From: an uncultured Candidatus Rokubacteria bacterium
Lineage (GTDB): Bacteria > Methylomirabilota > Methylomirabilia > Rokubacteriales > DASRDR01
NCBI GenBank assembly: GCA_963805625.1
Contig: CAWDVE010000010.1
Location: 64,001 to 128,000, forward strand
Direction of reading: 5' to 3'
DNA length: 64,000 bases
Every line of letters starts with the position of its first letter. Position 1 is the first letter of the stretch. Position numbers and translations under genes: made by a program. This document shows, in pieces, positions 25,693-36,306 of the stretch. A model generated the notes under the pieces. It had not been told where the DNA came from and did no database searches. It worked only from the letters and a program-made list of their open reading frames with translations.

Positions 25693-25937
25693 CGCAATCT
25701 CCCTTACTCGATTAAAAGCTCAAGAAATTATATACTTGTTTATATGTTCTCCTATACTCAATTATAGCATTTCTGGTCAAACGGGACATTCCAGTGGCTG
25801 ATTAATGATAAAACTGCGTTCATGAATACTTATAAAAAACGAATCTTGCGAAAAACAATTTTCCTGCGCTCATCCCTTCATACCGGGAATGGTATCAGGT
25901 TTGTCAGGCTTTTTTTGAAAAAAGGTATTCTGTTTCA

Positions 25938-26798
25938 CTATACCAGGGGATCGGGCTGGTTATCGCCAAGGGCTGGTAACCGTGTGGGTTTGACCAGGAC
26001 CTGCTCGTCTGACTGACGGATCTTTTCAAGGATCAGCAGTTTCCCTTTCCGGGTCATGGCAAAAATCGGGATCGTGACACCGGCCTGGAGAAGGGCTATG
26101 GGCCCGGCAATGTCACGGATGGTCCGGGATGCACATGAGGTGACAAGGTCTGACGCTGAAACGAGCACTTCGGCATCTTCACGGGAGAGCCCGGTAACAT
26201 GGACTGCAAAGATGAAGGTATCGGGATGTATCCTGCGAATTGTTTCTGCAATCCCGGGGCTGGCAACCGTGACAGCAATGTTCCGGAACCCTTCTGCCAC
26301 TGCTAGTGCCACTCCCGCCAGCTGATCGATCCGTGCATGCTCACGGTCAAGGACAAGTCCACCGCCCTGCTCAATCCGCTCAATAACCGTTGTGTGGGGA
26401 GATGTTTTTACAAGCCCGGACATCCTGCCCCCGATTCCCTGCACCATTTCGGGTTTTGTCGCAATGACCGTGCCGGCGCCATCACATGCAAGAACCACAG
26501 CATCGATAAGACCGGCACGAAGACCGAAACTTAATAATTCCGAAGCCCCGAATCCGACAAATTCACGGTTATCACACACTTCACGGTCCGGCACGCACAT
26601 GCCGAACGCTTGTATCCGGTGCTCAATATTTGCTTTTATGGCGTCTTTTGTTATTGCAGGAATCGGGAAAGCGAATCGTTTTGCAAGAGGACAGTCTGAA
26701 ATCTGTGGCTCTCCAACTTCAACAACCCTGCCGTCCCGGATCACAATGCGACTCCGCCCAATCGCCTCGATGATATGCTCGTCACTTTTTTTGACCAT
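25938..26798 (-). CDS. Methanogenesis marker 8 protein (DUF2099)
   Basis: DEHIIEAIGR, CPL, FGMC, FGASE, ACDGAGTV and QGIGGRMSGLVKTSP motifs; start placed at MVKKSDEH. Confidence 0.85.
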   Translation of the reverse strand: MVKKSDEHIIEAIGRSRIVIRDGRVVEVGEPQISDCPLAKRFAFPIPAITKDAIKANIEHRIQAFGMCVPDREVCDNREFVGFGASELLSFGLRAGLIDAVVLACDGAGTVIATKPEMVQGIGGRMSGLVKTSPHTTVIERIEQGGGLVLDREHARIDQLAGVALAVAEGFRNIAVTVASPGIAETIRRIHPDTFIFAVHVTGLSREDAEVLVSASDLVTSCASRTIRDIAGPIALLQAGVTIPIFAMTRKGKLLILEKIRQSDEQVLVKPTRLPALGDNQPDPLV

Positions 26799-26929
26799 AT
26801 GCGTCCATCCTGAGAATTGAGATACAGGAATATTTTGATTCTCCGGTTTAAGGAATATTGCACACCTGCAAAACCAGCCGGTTCCGTCCCGTCCAAACAG
26901 ATATGACGTTCCAGTGCCGATGAAAGTAC

Positions 26930-27670
26930 ATGAATGCAGTATCACGGTACCCTGAGATCGATATGGTCCGCGGTATCGCGATATTTATGATGATTCTTTT
27001 TCACACCGTTTTTGATCTCAGTTTTTTCGGGGTTTCTGCCATTGACGTTTCGGCCGGGTTCTGGAGGTATTTTGCATTTTCAACGGCGGCACTCTTCCTT
27101 CTTGTCGTCGGAATATCCCTGACTCTGAGCCATGCACGGGCGGCAACATCCTTATCAGGATATCAGCTGGCACGGAAATTCATCTATCGCGGGGCAGGTA
27201 TCTTCCTTCTCGGACTCCTTGTCACAGCGGGCACGTGGCTGTACCTTAAGGAAGGGTTCATCGTATTCGGGATCCTGCACCTGATTGGTATTTCCGTCAT
27301 GATCTCCCCACTTTTCTTTCGGTTTAAGCGTTTCAACATCATTCTGGGTCTTTTTTTCATCGTGATCGGCTTTATCCTGTCAACGGTTACCGGCCCGATC
27401 TGGCTCCTGCCCCTCGGCGTCCACCCGGCAACCTTCTGGTCGGTGGATTACGAACCGGTTTTTCCCTGGACGGGCATCGTCCTTCTCGGTATGGGTCTTG
27501 GCGAATACCTGTACCCGGGTGGCGTGCGGAAATTTACGCTGCCCCGTATTCCAGTATTTTTTATCCGGCCCCTTGCGTCCCTGGGACGGCATTCGCTCAT
27601 TGTATACCTGGTTCACCAGCCGATCATCATACTCCTGCTTGCGGCTGTTTTTGGAATTGCTTTGATCTGA
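26930..27670 (+). CDS. DUF1624 / HGSNAT-like membrane acyltransferase
   Basis: RYPEIDMVRGIAIFMM..H, FGILHLIG, DYEPVFPW and LGRHSL.VYLVHQP motifs. Confidence 0.85.
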   Translation: MNAVSRYPEIDMVRGIAIFMMILFHTVFDLSFFGVSAIDVSAGFWRYFAFSTAALFLLVVGISLTLSHARAATSLSGYQLARKFIYRGAGIFLLGLLVTAGTWLYLKEGFIVFGILHLIGISVMISPLFFRFKRFNIILGLFFIVIGFILSTVTGPIWLLPLGVHPATFWSVDYEPVFPWTGIVLLGMGLGEYLYPGGVRKFTLPRIPVFFIRPLASLGRHSLIVYLVHQPIIILLLAAVFGIALI

Positions 27671-27771
27671 TCCCATCAATCTGGATGATTATTGGGATGG
27701 TTCGTGGTGATCAACGAAAAGAAACAAGGGATTTGTCTGGTATCAAGGCTTTTTCACGACAATATAGTTAT

Positions 27772-28089
27772 GATGAGGGTTCCCCGCCTCAGGGCCTCTC
27801 CGAGGCACGGCGGGGCAGAAGGGTGATTAGCAGAATTTTTCAGGTTTGTGAAAAACCATGAATCTAAATAAATCCCTATTGGGCTCATGAGATTGCTTCT
27901 CCAGTGAATCACCGGTAAAAACTGAAAAATTGTTCTTTTGTAAGAATGTGTATTTCTGCCCATTAGTATTTATGAGACTCAGTCGCCTCGGGGCTTTCCC
28001 GAGGCATGGCGATTCAGGGAAGTTTATAAGGAGTAACTCTCTCCCTGATCCGCCGCGGGGGCGTCCCTTCGGGGGCGGCGGCGTTCATC
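27772..28089 (-). repeat. Hairpin-doublet repeat: lone B hairpin (27772-27817) plus a full doublet (27981-28089)
   Basis: CCCCGCCTCAGGGCCTCTCCGAGGCACGGCGGGG at 27782; CTGATCCGCCGCGGGGGCGTCCCTTCGGGGGCGGCGGCGTTCATC at 28045. Confidence 0.9.
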
Positions 28090-28184
28090 CTTTTGGTATC
28101 GACATCTGACCGTTCCCCGAGATATCTGAATATTGTGATTTTTATTGTGGTTATTGCCGGCAGGGATCAAATTTGAGCCGGCTC

Positions 28185-29855
28185 TCACTCCACAAACATC
28201 GGGACGTCCCTCATTTCCCCGACATCAAACAGTCCCCGGTTCGTGATCCTCAGTTCCGGGATAACGGTGAGTGCAAGGAACGACAGGTACATGAAAGGAT
28301 CGTTAATACTCCCCATCTTTTCGGTGGTGTCGCGCAGATCCTTTAGTTGTGCGACAACGTTGTCGTACGGCAGCGTTGACATAAGCCCTCCGCAGTCGAG
28401 CGGGAGTACAGTCTTTGATTCCCCCACAACGGCTACCATCGCACCCCGGGACCTGATGACTTCTTCGATAGCGAACAGGATTTCCCTGTCACTCGCTCCC
28501 ACGGCAATAATGTTATGGGCATCATGAGAGATGCTGGACGCTATCGCCCCTCTGTTCAGCAGGAAGCCGTGGACAAGTCCGACACCGCACGCCGTTTCAT
28601 GGTAACGGTTACAGACTACCACCTTCAGAATATCCCGTTTGAAATCAGGTATGTCCCGTGCTGAAACAGGGAACTGCAGTGACCGGGTGAGAATCTGATG
28701 GGGGACAAGCCCGATTACCCGTGCTTTACCGGATCCACGGATCCGGATATCATCGACCCTGGGGATTTTGGAGAAGAATGCCGGGACAAAGGGTGGCGCT
28801 GGCACATGCACGGGGTCGGCAATCTCCTTTCCCTGTACAAAGACCTTTTTTACCCTGACACTTCGCGGATCATCGATGATACAGAAATCCGCCCTCCTGC
28901 CCGGGGTCAGCGCCCCGCGATCGGACAGCCCGAACCGTTCTGCGGCTGAAAGCGTCGCCATCCGTAAGGCAAGTTCCGGTTTGAGCCCGCATTCCACGGC
29001 ACGCCGTATGCAGTGGTCGATATGCCCCCTCTCAAAAAGTGTATCCGCATGACAGTCATCTGAGGCAAAGCAGCACCGGGAGACCGTTTCCGGCGTTACC
29101 AGATCGATAAGATCGGCGATATTTCGTTCGGTTGATCCCTCCCGGATGAATATGTACATCCCGCGCCGGAGTTTTTCTTCTGCCTCGTCCAGCCGGGTAC
29201 ATTCATGGTCGCTCTGCAGACCTGCCAGGATATACGCATTGAGATCATTTCCGGTAAGAAGGGGAGCATGCCCGTCACGGACAGAACAGAGCTGGAGTTT
29301 TTCCAGAACTGAGGGATCTGCGGCAAGGACGCCGGGAACGTTCATCATCTCCCCGAGTCCAAGGATGCCACGACGGTCTGCGTATGGCCTGAGATCACGG
29401 GCTGTGAGTGTCGCACCACCCACGTCTTCGGGCGTCGCAGGTACACAGGAGGGGAGAAGGTACAGAATGTCGATGTCCGCCCCCTCCCGCTGGTCAAGCA
29501 TGAAATCAATTCCCCGTGCACCGGCAACATTTGCAATTTCATGCGGATCGGCGATAACGGTAGTTGTGCCGTGTCGGACGACCAGGCGGGCATATTCGCG
29601 GGGTGTAAGGAGCGAGCTTTCGATATGGACGTGGGCATCGATCAGCCCGGGGATGATACATGAACCCCCGAGATCGTATTCCGTTATTCCTGAATAGTTA
29701 CCAATGCCCAGTACCAGACCGTCCTTAACCGCAAGGGTGCCCTGCTCCCACTCACCGATAAAAGGATTGAATATCCGGGCGTTCCTGAAAATGGTATCTG
29801 CCGGCATCAGGCCCCGGGCTGCTTCCAGCAGTTCCTGTAAGCCGACACCAGTCAC
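28185..29855 (-). CDS. ade: Adenine deaminase
   Basis: PGLIDAHVHIESS, ADPHEIANV, GEMMN, DGHAP, SDHEC, IREGS and SHDAHN motifs. Confidence 0.95.
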   Translation of the reverse strand: MTGVGLQELLEAARGLMPADTIFRNARIFNPFIGEWEQGTLAVKDGLVLGIGNYSGITEYDLGGSCIIPGLIDAHVHIESSLLTPREYARLVVRHGTTTVIADPHEIANVAGARGIDFMLDQREGADIDILYLLPSCVPATPEDVGGATLTARDLRPYADRRGILGLGEMMNVPGVLAADPSVLEKLQLCSVRDGHAPLLTGNDLNAYILAGLQSDHECTRLDEAEEKLRRGMYIFIREGSTERNIADLIDLVTPETVSRCCFASDDCHADTLFERGHIDHCIRRAVECGLKPELALRMATLSAAERFGLSDRGALTPGRRADFCIIDDPRSVRVKKVFVQGKEIADPVHVPAPPFVPAFFSKIPRVDDIRIRGSGKARVIGLVPHQILTRSLQFPVSARDIPDFKRDILKVVVCNRYHETACGVGLVHGFLLNRGAIASSISHDAHNIIAVGASDREILFAIEEVIRSRGAMVAVVGESKTVLPLDCGGLMSTLPYDNVVAQLKDLRDTTEKMGSINDPFMYLSFLALTVIPELRITNRGLFDVGEMRDVPMFVE

Positions 29856-30212
29856 TTACACCACAATATCCCGGATTACCGCGGTTTTCCGTTCGCCATT
29901 CTGGATCAGGTACATTTTGAATTTATAGTTTCCGGGTGCGAGCGGTGCCGGGATCATGACCGCATTGTCACCTGTATTTAGTCTCGCCGCCCCCATAATT
30001 ACCGAATGTTCCTGCTGGGTAAGACCCGTCACCCGGTATATCGTGACCTGTACAAATGCATCTGAAGGTTCATCCGGATTATTAATACTCGCAGTTATGT
30101 TGTTACCAGAGTAGCCGACATCGCCGATACTCGATGATACGCATCCGCACAGGAATAGAAAAAGAACCAGAAGAGCTATTTCGCAGGCAGGTGACCTGAC
30201 ATGTGCGAACAT
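29856..30212 (-). CDS. Hypothetical lipoprotein (Ig-like beta-rich)
   Basis: Hydrophobic signal ending LCGC; stop abuts the ade start. Confidence 0.65.
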   Translation of the reverse strand: MFAHVRSPACEIALLVLFLFLCGCVSSSIGDVGYSGNNITASINNPDEPSDAFVQVTIYRVTGLTQQEHSVIMGAARLNTGDNAVMIPAPLAPGNYKFKMYLIQNGERKTAVIRDIVV

Positions 30213-30550
30213 TATTCAAATGTAAATTCTCCGGGATTTAAACCTTGGTATGCCTGGCTCATTTGAGTTTTCTCTTTCATCGATTGGCTGGAATTTTCTT
30301 CCTGACACCTGAGTGCAGAATATTCTCCAGATCTTTATACAGGCTGATAACTGATTCACTCGTTGACGGGTTATCTCGAAAATATCGGGCAATCTCGAAC
30401 AACGGGCTTTTTCCTCTCCCATTGCCGAATTATCCTCCGCACACCCTGATTCGATAATTTGGCTCATATCGTTATTTAGATGTGTTTTCACATGATTTCG
30501 GAACAGGACATTCTGGTCTCGCTTCCCGAAAATCTTAAGATAAAAGAGAG

Positions 30551-30665
30551 TCACCCGTTTCAAGGCCTCTCCGAGGCACGGCGGGTCAGAGAAGTGTCGA
30601 GATTTTTATTTTTTTAACTACCAGTCCGCCGCGGGGGCGTCCCTTCGGGGGCGGCGGCGTTCATC
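30551..30665 (-). repeat. Solo hairpin-doublet repeat
   Basis: GGCCTCTCCGAGGCACGGCGGGTCAG ... CCGCCGCGGGGGCGTCCCTTCGGGGGCGGCGGCGTTCATC. Confidence 0.9.
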
Positions 30666-30784
30666 GCGAATGTAAGAATTGGAATCAGAATGGAACCGGA
30701 CCTCAAGTTAAAAGGATCGTAATACAAACAAAAAAACGCCAATCCCGTACGGACCCCCTCTGAAAATGGAATGTATGGCGGGTT

Positions 30785-30973
30785 TCAGACCTTTTCCACG
30801 GTTACCCGCACACGGTCCCCGGCTTTCAGGACATGACCTTTCGGGATATCGATGTTGAACCACAGGGAATTCGGGTTATCCTGCGTCGGGTCCTGGGACA
30901 TCAGGCAGTCCTTGAAGTCATTGATGTCGGCGACAAATTCTATCTCGGATTCAAATTCCAGGATTTTTGCCAT
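30785..30973 (-). CDS. Small hypothetical protein (62 aa)
   Basis: Clean ORF with natural composition directly downstream of the HTH gene. Confidence 0.65.
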   Translation of the reverse strand: MAKILEFESEIEFVADINDFKDCLMSQDPTQDNPNSLWFNIDIPKGHVLKAGDRVRVTVEKV

Positions 30974-30994
30974 GATAAAAAATAGATACCGGGC

Positions 30995-31246
30995 TTAGAT
31001 GGCCCTCGGCGTGACCATCCACGTCGTACTGTTCGAATAGCTCCAGCGGATTATGTCAAGTTCCTTGCAGATATCTGCAAGGATCGCCATATTCGTTCCA
31101 ACCTCTTTTGGTGATAACCCCAGTTCCTTGGCAATATATTTTGATTTAAAGTAGTGCTTGCCCTTGGTTATACCCGAGTTGAGGTATTGAACAATTTTGT
31201 GCTGGGTCTCGTTATACGTTTCACGTAATTTCTTTGTTGTAGACAT
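30995..31246 (-). CDS. Small winged-HTH-like euryarchaeal protein (DUF7123-like)
   Basis: YFKSKYIAKELGLSPKEVG..M..L and W S.S..TTW pattern; TATATATA box at ~31285-31298. Confidence 0.75.
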   Translation of the reverse strand: MSTTKKLRETYNETQHKIVQYLNSGITKGKHYFKSKYIAKELGLSPKEVGTNMAILADICKELDIIRWSYSNSTTWMVTPRAI

Positions 31247-31470
31247 GTTATGCCTCAGCATTTAAATCTCATTTAGATCATTTGGTATATATATATATCT
31301 GATTCTTCAGGTTATAGATAGGTCATTTTTACTTCACTGCACTTGTATTCTGGCAGGAATAAGTATATCTGGCACGCAGATTACATTGAATATCCTGGAC
31401 CTGATTAACGCGCATTATAAGCATTTTGCAGTAATTTTCATAGGATTTTTTCAAAAATAAGGCAGTTATT

Positions 31471-33309
31471 TCATTTTTGTATCTGTGCCTCACCTATTTT
31501 GCTGATAAGTGCTTCGAGCACCACATCACGCATGCCTTCAACAAATTTGATGCTGCCCACTACCAGGTGACCTCCACCGCTGATGCCCCCGCCAGGTATC
31601 TCGTTCCTGAGTTCCCGGACCATACGGGGGATGTTCATGAGAACCCCACGTGACCGGAGCACGGCAAAGTCCGGACCAAACCCGATGGTTACCACCGGTT
31701 TTCCTGCATGCTGCCGGCAGAGCCGGTCATGGACTTCACCGGAAGTCTTGCCGGGAGGGGGAAACGTGAACTTGTGTGCATGGATTTCCACATCAATGAG
31801 GAAGAGATGCGCCTCGTTCCCGAGTACTCTGGGGACAACATGAGGCATGCAGGCACTCATCTGGTCCTCGATCATCGTATTTGCCCCTTCTACCAGGAGT
31901 GCCACAAGTTTCCGGTAGCGTTCAGGATTCCCGGTCAGGTTCAGGATATCCTTGATAATCTCCCTGCCGTCATTGAACCGTAACCAGAACTGTTCATAAT
32001 CCAGGGCAAGGGCAATATCCTTGCAGGCCTGTTCGGGATACTGATCCCGGACAAGGGCAAGGAAGAGGGTACGTTCCGGGGCTTCACTCCGGTCGCCGAC
32101 TCCCGCTACTGCCGGCAGGTGACGGATGAGGGATTCGATTTTCGGATTAATCAACCGGGCGATTTCGGTTCCCAGCATGCCCGCCGTAATGCCGAAGTCT
32201 CCACCGACATGGTAGGGATTGACATGTGCTTTGAGGTACTTGTCTATCGTGCCGTCAGGGTGGTGATGGTCGATCACGACAAAGGGTATGTCATACACGC
32301 TTGCGATCTTGTACGCAGGTTCATCCTCCTCGGTAGATCCGTTATCGGTCAGGAGAACCAGCGGCATTTTCTGACCGTACCTGATATGGTCCTTCAGCGA
32401 AAAATCAAGGTCACGGGTGATATCTTCAATCTCGTAAAACGGAGCCTTCGACGGGGCCCGTTTGAAGAGGAAGTGATCCGCATCAAAGTCACCCCCGCTC
32501 TCCCTGATAAGAGAGACAACGGCCTGCTCTATTGCCACTGCCGAACAGATCCCATCAGCATCAGCGTGATGACGAAGGATGATAGGCTGGGACGTGAAGA
32601 TCGCCTTTCTGATTATTTTTGCGACCTTCTTCATTTCAGGGCGGAGTTTTTCCATGACCTCGCTTTGCACGAGCAGGGGTATATCATCGGGTTCCGATCG
32701 TGCTTCCAGCGCTTTTTCTATCCGTATTTTAACCGCGGCTGCATCTTCATCCCTGAGGATGGACAATGAATCGACTTCGATTTGCAACTGGTTGTTGCGC
32801 ATCATCACTTCGCCGATGATTTTGACGATGTCGTCCAGTTCGGCTTCCGGGTATGCCCGGACTCCGGCTTCGACAAATGCTGCTGCATTCTGAGTCCCGG
32901 TCTCATCCACAACAGTAAATATTGTCGGACCGCTTGTCTGTTTGATCTGGGCGATCTCCCCTTCGATTGCGACGGTCTTCCCGACTTTGCTGGTCAGGTC
33001 CGCGATATTCACGGTCGTTGACTTGCGGTCGACGTTCTGCACCTGATACACCTGGACAAGGACTTCTTCCAGATCAATATTGCCGTTCGGGCGGATCTGG
33101 CGAACCCTGACGAGGATAGGATCCCGTTCCTTATGTTCTGCCTTGATATTGCTCTTGTGCACCAGACCCTTGATCCGGTCGTTGATCTGGGCAAACATCC
33201 CGAACGTTGCAAAACCCTGTACTTTTGCCTGGTATATCTTTCCTTCTTCCACATCGGAGAGGTCGCATCCTGCGCCAAGCCGATAGACTATGACATCGTT
33301 ATTTTCCAT
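31471..33309 (-). CDS. RecJ-like DHH phosphoesterase with S1 and OB-fold domains
   Basis: N-terminal S1 (FGMFAQI..GLVH), OB fold (QTSGPTIF), HHADADG, DNGS, DHHH and GGGH motifs. Confidence 0.9.
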   Translation of the reverse strand: MENNDVIVYRLGAGCDLSDVEEGKIYQAKVQGFATFGMFAQINDRIKGLVHKSNIKAEHKERDPILVRVRQIRPNGNIDLEEVLVQVYQVQNVDRKSTTVNIADLTSKVGKTVAIEGEIAQIKQTSGPTIFTVVDETGTQNAAAFVEAGVRAYPEAELDDIVKIIGEVMMRNNQLQIEVDSLSILRDEDAAAVKIRIEKALEARSEPDDIPLLVQSEVMEKLRPEMKKVAKIIRKAIFTSQPIILRHHADADGICSAVAIEQAVVSLIRESGGDFDADHFLFKRAPSKAPFYEIEDITRDLDFSLKDHIRYGQKMPLVLLTDNGSTEEDEPAYKIASVYDIPFVVIDHHHPDGTIDKYLKAHVNPYHVGGDFGITAGMLGTEIARLINPKIESLIRHLPAVAGVGDRSEAPERTLFLALVRDQYPEQACKDIALALDYEQFWLRFNDGREIIKDILNLTGNPERYRKLVALLVEGANTMIEDQMSACMPHVVPRVLGNEAHLFLIDVEIHAHKFTFPPPGKTSGEVHDRLCRQHAGKPVVTIGFGPDFAVLRSRGVLMNIPRMVRELRNEIPGGGISGGGHLVVGSIKFVEGMRDVVLEALISKIGEAQIQK

Positions 33310-33594
33310 AATTTTTTTCTCACCACACACAGCGAAGCGTATCTGGTGCCTGCATGGGAGATTTCTCCCTGCGGCAACGTTGCATAACGAACCAGAGCTG
33401 ATGGATTATCATTGGGTGTAGTGACGTTTAAGTCCATGGTATCAGGCATCACCTGCCACGATATCTGCTGTACCCTTGCAGGATCCAGGTCACGGTCTCT
33501 TCCTGAATTCGGGGGATAGTCACATCCCGGGCGAACTAAAAACTCATTTTTATTGTATAATCCTGTTCACTCAGACTCTCCCGGGAATTCGCCA

Positions 33595-33996
33595 TTGGCT
33601 CGTCCCCGCTGCTGTGGCATCCCATCTGGAGCGATAATTCCAGATAAGGTAATACAACACCATCGCAAAAGCGCAGGGGCGGTTCGGGGGGACAGGCACT
33701 GTCCCCTCCGATACCAGGTGATTCCCAATTTGTTGAAATCTCAGGGTTTCCCATGAAAATTGCACAATTCTGGTATCTTCAGGAAGTGCTAATCCCGTTA
33801 TTGCGATGAATCTGCGCCGCCCCCGACGGGGCGCCCCCGCGGCGGATCAGTGTCTGTAAGTATATCTGCAAACACCACACTGCCCCGCCGTGCCTCGGAG
33901 AGGCCCTGAGGCGGGTGACCCTCCTGAAATTAGCATGGTTTAATGATTTTCATGGTTCGGGTGCGAACTCCCGTTCATGCCCGTTTCAACAGAGCC
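33595..33996 (+). mobile_element. MITE-like element, left end decayed
   Basis: Module C (reverse orientation) 33600-33750, doublet core 33805-33925, right TIR GTTTCAACAGAGCC at 33983-33996. Confidence 0.8.
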
Positions 33997-34046
33997 ATGA
34001 TACCCTTAACTTAAAAAGAAAAAATGAAGAGATTTTGAGAATACCG

Positions 34047-34991
34047 CTAAATCTCATCCCGGAAACCGACTTCTATCATATCAAGATCATCGGGAGCGAT
34101 AATGGAGCCGGAGAATTTTTTCTTTGCATCGCCGATGTGTGCCTGCGCATCCGGGTATCGTGAACTGGTATGCACAAGGGCGAGGATCCGTGCATTGAGC
34201 ACCGTTGCGGCCTCACCTGCCTGTGCAGCGGTCGCATGGTAAAATTCTGCTCCCCGCTCTGCTTCAGACTCATCGTAGGTCGCATCATGGATCAGGATGT
34301 CCGCATTGCTGGCAATCTCCCGGATGCTCATATAATTGGCCCGGGTATCACCGGTATAGACAATTTTACGGCCTGGTCGTGAAGTGCCCATGACCTGTTC
34401 AGGCCGGATCTCACGGGCATCATCACCAGATCCCAGGCGTATAACCTCTCCCCGCTGCAGCCTGCCAAAGAGCGGGCCGGGAGGGACACCCAGTTCAATT
34501 GCACGTTCGCGATTGAACCGTCCCGGGCGGGGGTCTTCTTCGAGCACATACCCGAGCGCAGGAAGCCCGTGTTTGGCAGCAAATGCAGTAACCGTGTAGC
34601 CGTCAAACCGCACCCAGGAACCATGCACCAGTTCGACAGACTCCAGGGTGAACTTCAGGTTGAACCGTGCGACCTGCCGGAGGATCGTGACACATTCATG
34701 CACCCATTCCGGGCCGTAGATGGTAAGTGGTTCAGTCCGCCCGTTGAATGACATGGTCTGGACAAGCCCGAAAAGACCAAGAAAGTGATCTGCATGCCAG
34801 TGTGAGATAAAAACGGCATTCACGATAAAGCCGCATCGCGAACGCATCATCTGCTGCTGGGCACCTTCACCGCAGTCAAAAAGGAGCGTATCAGACCCGC
34901 GGCGGATCATGATACAGGGCGGGTTGCGCAGGGGAGTCGGGAGCGCCCCTGCAGTCCCGAGAAAATAGACCTGGAGGGTCTCGCCGCTCAT
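34047..34991 (-). CDS. rnz: Ribonuclease Z
   Basis: FLGT.GALP, FDCGEGAQQQ, SHWHADH, GVPPGP exosite, YTGDT, HDAT and HTSSRY motifs. Confidence 0.96.
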   Translation of the reverse strand: MSGETLQVYFLGTAGALPTPLRNPPCIMIRRGSDTLLFDCGEGAQQQMMRSRCGFIVNAVFISHWHADHFLGLFGLVQTMSFNGRTEPLTIYGPEWVHECVTILRQVARFNLKFTLESVELVHGSWVRFDGYTVTAFAAKHGLPALGYVLEEDPRPGRFNRERAIELGVPPGPLFGRLQRGEVIRLGSGDDAREIRPEQVMGTSRPGRKIVYTGDTRANYMSIREIASNADILIHDATYDESEAERGAEFYHATAAQAGEAATVLNARILALVHTSSRYPDAQAHIGDAKKKFSGSIIAPDDLDMIEVGFRDEI

Positions 34992-35761
34992 TGAAAATAT
35001 CTCCTGAATACCGCGAGACTCTTCTTTGCCTCCTCAATTGAACGTCCTTCGATGACCACAATGCCGTTGTATTTTTCGGCAATCGTTTTTCCGACTACCG
35101 GCCAGGGAATAGTCCCGTCACCAAGTGCAAGGTGCTGATCGGACATGCCGTTGTTGTCATGGATATGTATGTGATGGGCTTTGTCCACATGCCGGAGGAA
35201 ATTATCAACATTCCCGATAGTGTTGGCATGCCCGAAATCAAAGGTCATGCCGATACCCTCAATCCCTTCCGTCATCCCTATCAGTTCATCGGGAACACGG
35301 CAGAGGAATTCCTTAACCCCGATCATATTTTCAAGACAGGCAAGTACGGAGTGCTCCTGTGCATATTTCCCAATCTGCCTGAGCGCTTCCTTCTGGAGAT
35401 CCCAGACCTTCTGGGGCATCAGCTTGCCGACAGGAGACAGGTAACCGGGATGGATGGTAACCCGGTCGGTGAGCTCTGATGCGTGCTCGATACAGGTGCA
35501 GATCTGTCGTATTGATTCATGCCAGATCGGATCGTTGAGCGTTGCAAGGTTCAGGTCGCCGTAGGGTGCATGAACGGTCACGTTAAGCCGGGTGGCCGCG
35601 ATCACCTCCTCAATTTTGGAAAAACAGGCCGGGTTATCGAGCCGGTAGTTCCCATCGCAGACAATTTCCCACCCCTCGTATCCTGCATCCCCGATACCAT
35701 ACACCCAGGAGATATCTTCCCAGACCTTTGCAGATGAGGAGAAATAGGGTTTGAGTGTCAT
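34988..35761 (-). CDS. Sugar-phosphate isomerase / AP-endonuclease-2 TIM-barrel family protein
   Basis: VHAP, IHPG, LENM, DFGHA, HIHDNNG..DQHL.LGDG motifs. Confidence 0.85.
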   Translation of the reverse strand: MTLKPYFSSSAKVWEDISWVYGIGDAGYEGWEIVCDGNYRLDNPACFSKIEEVIAATRLNVTVHAPYGDLNLATLNDPIWHESIRQICTCIEHASELTDRVTIHPGYLSPVGKLMPQKVWDLQKEALRQIGKYAQEHSVLACLENMIGVKEFLCRVPDELIGMTEGIEGIGMTFDFGHANTIGNVDNFLRHVDKAHHIHIHDNNGMSDQHLALGDGTIPWPVVGKTIAEKYNGIVVIEGRSIEEAKKSLAVFRRYFQ

Positions 35762-36306
35762 GGATCGCCCCGGATCCCGTCAAGGAGTTTGTGCACGGCC
35801 ACAGAAAATTCATCGAGGGTACCGTTGTTCTCTATCCGGAGGTCAGCCAGTTCCAGAGCCCTGCCAAGACCCCACCCAAGCTCCCGTTCGTCCCGGGTGC
35901 GGAGTTCCCCAGCGGTCTGGAAATCATCCGAACGGCCCCGTGCCACAACCCGCGACAACCGGTTCCCGAATGAAGAATCGATCCTTACCAGCGTGAACCC
36001 GGGGAAAACCTTCCGGAACAGCTTCACTTCAGCGTCTCCCCGGATGCCATCGATGAGGACAAGCGGAGCCGTCTGGCGCCCGACTTCCGGTATGCAGAGC
36101 TGCCCGATCGCGTCCATGCCCCGTTCGGCTCTGAGCCGGTTTGCCGTGGCTCCGAAATTGGTATCGGTAGGTTCCAGTCCTGACGCTTTCACCGCGTTCC
36201 GGATCATATCTCCCATGACGACGACAGGTATACCCATCTCGGATGCGATCCTCGCAAACTCGCCTTTTCCGCTTGCGGGCATACCGACAACTCCGATCAC
36301 TTTCAT
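35758..36306 (-). CDS. Dephospho-CoA-kinase-like nucleotide kinase (UPF0200)
   Basis: P-loop GMPASGKG, MGD.IR, IDGIRG, RGRSDD and RDEREL motifs. Confidence 0.85.
   Translation of the reverse strand: MKVIGVVGMPASGKGEFARIASEMGIPVVVMGDMIRNAVKASGLEPTDTNFGATANRLRAERGMDAIGQLCIPEVGRQTAPLVLIDGIRGDAEVKLFRKVFPGFTLVRIDSSFGNRLSRVVARGRSDDFQTAGELRTRDERELGWGLGRALELADLRIENNGTLDEFSVAVHKLLDGIRGDP

Noticed and set aside
30216-30563. 115-aa ORF next to the solo repeat
   Set aside because: Starts within the repeat, has atypical composition and no domain signal.
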